Shown: positions 25,161 through 25,243 of the stretch, one piece after another
Layout of the letters: the number at the start of each line of letters is the position of its first letter
Numbering within the stretch: position 1 is the stretch's first letter
From: a virus
Lineage: Duplodnaviria; Caudoviricetes
DNA length: 25,243 nucleotides
Virus record (IMG/VR): IMGVR_UViG_3300017721_000069
Location: 1 to 25,243 of that record
Direction: 5' to 3' (one strand)
Translations under genes and position numbers: made by a program
Notes under the pieces: model-generated
The model's input: the letters and a program-made list of their open reading frames with translations, nothing else
Told to the model about the DNA's origin: nothing
Database searches by the model: none

Positions 25161-25243
25161 TTAAGCTCCTTGAGAACCGTAAACGGCTCTAAAGTTAGAA
25201 TATCCGAAGCTGTAACGCTCTCTAGCCTTATATCTCATGTTGC
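25161..25243 (-). CDS. Major capsid protein, 3' end only (Mu gpT-like family)
   Basis: ...NMRYKARERYSFGYSNFRAVYGSQGA*, matching the GNxRYKARERYSFG C-terminus of marine phage capsid proteins; followed by a terminator. Confidence 0.85.
   Translation of the reverse strand, partial: NMRYKARERYSFGYSNFRAVYGSQGA

Noticed and set aside
1-25243. CRISPR array, tRNA, integrase, IS element or DGR repeat
   Set aside because: No regularly spaced repeats, cloverleaf, recombinase, transposase or reverse transcriptase motifs were seen by eye.

Overview
AT-rich fragment of a tailed dsDNA phage (or prophage) late region, resembling uncultured marine podovirus-like phages of Gram-negative bacteria. All credible genes are on the minus strand, tightly packed with TAATG/ATGA overlaps. 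In transcription order (right to left): 3' end of the major capsid gene, intrinsic terminator and a structured leader, two decoration-like proteins, five small very basic proteins (four with an xxGG motif), two head-tail adaptor-like genes, tail/fibre genes, a Gly-rich protein, a sulfotransferase-like gene and four 2OG-Fe(II) oxygenases. Next is a promoter-led block of holin-like, small basic, thermonuclease, membrane protein, CsgF, CsgG, curlin-repeat protein, FecR-domain protein, CHASE2 class III adenylate cyclase, small TM protein, two spanins and GH24 endolysin. The window ends with a tail nozzle-like gene, a PLOD-like hydroxylase and internal virion proteins. The most striking element is the curli-secretion plus FecR plus receptor adenylate cyclase module sitting inside the lysis cassette. 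All calls come from motif recognition by eye; no database searches were run.
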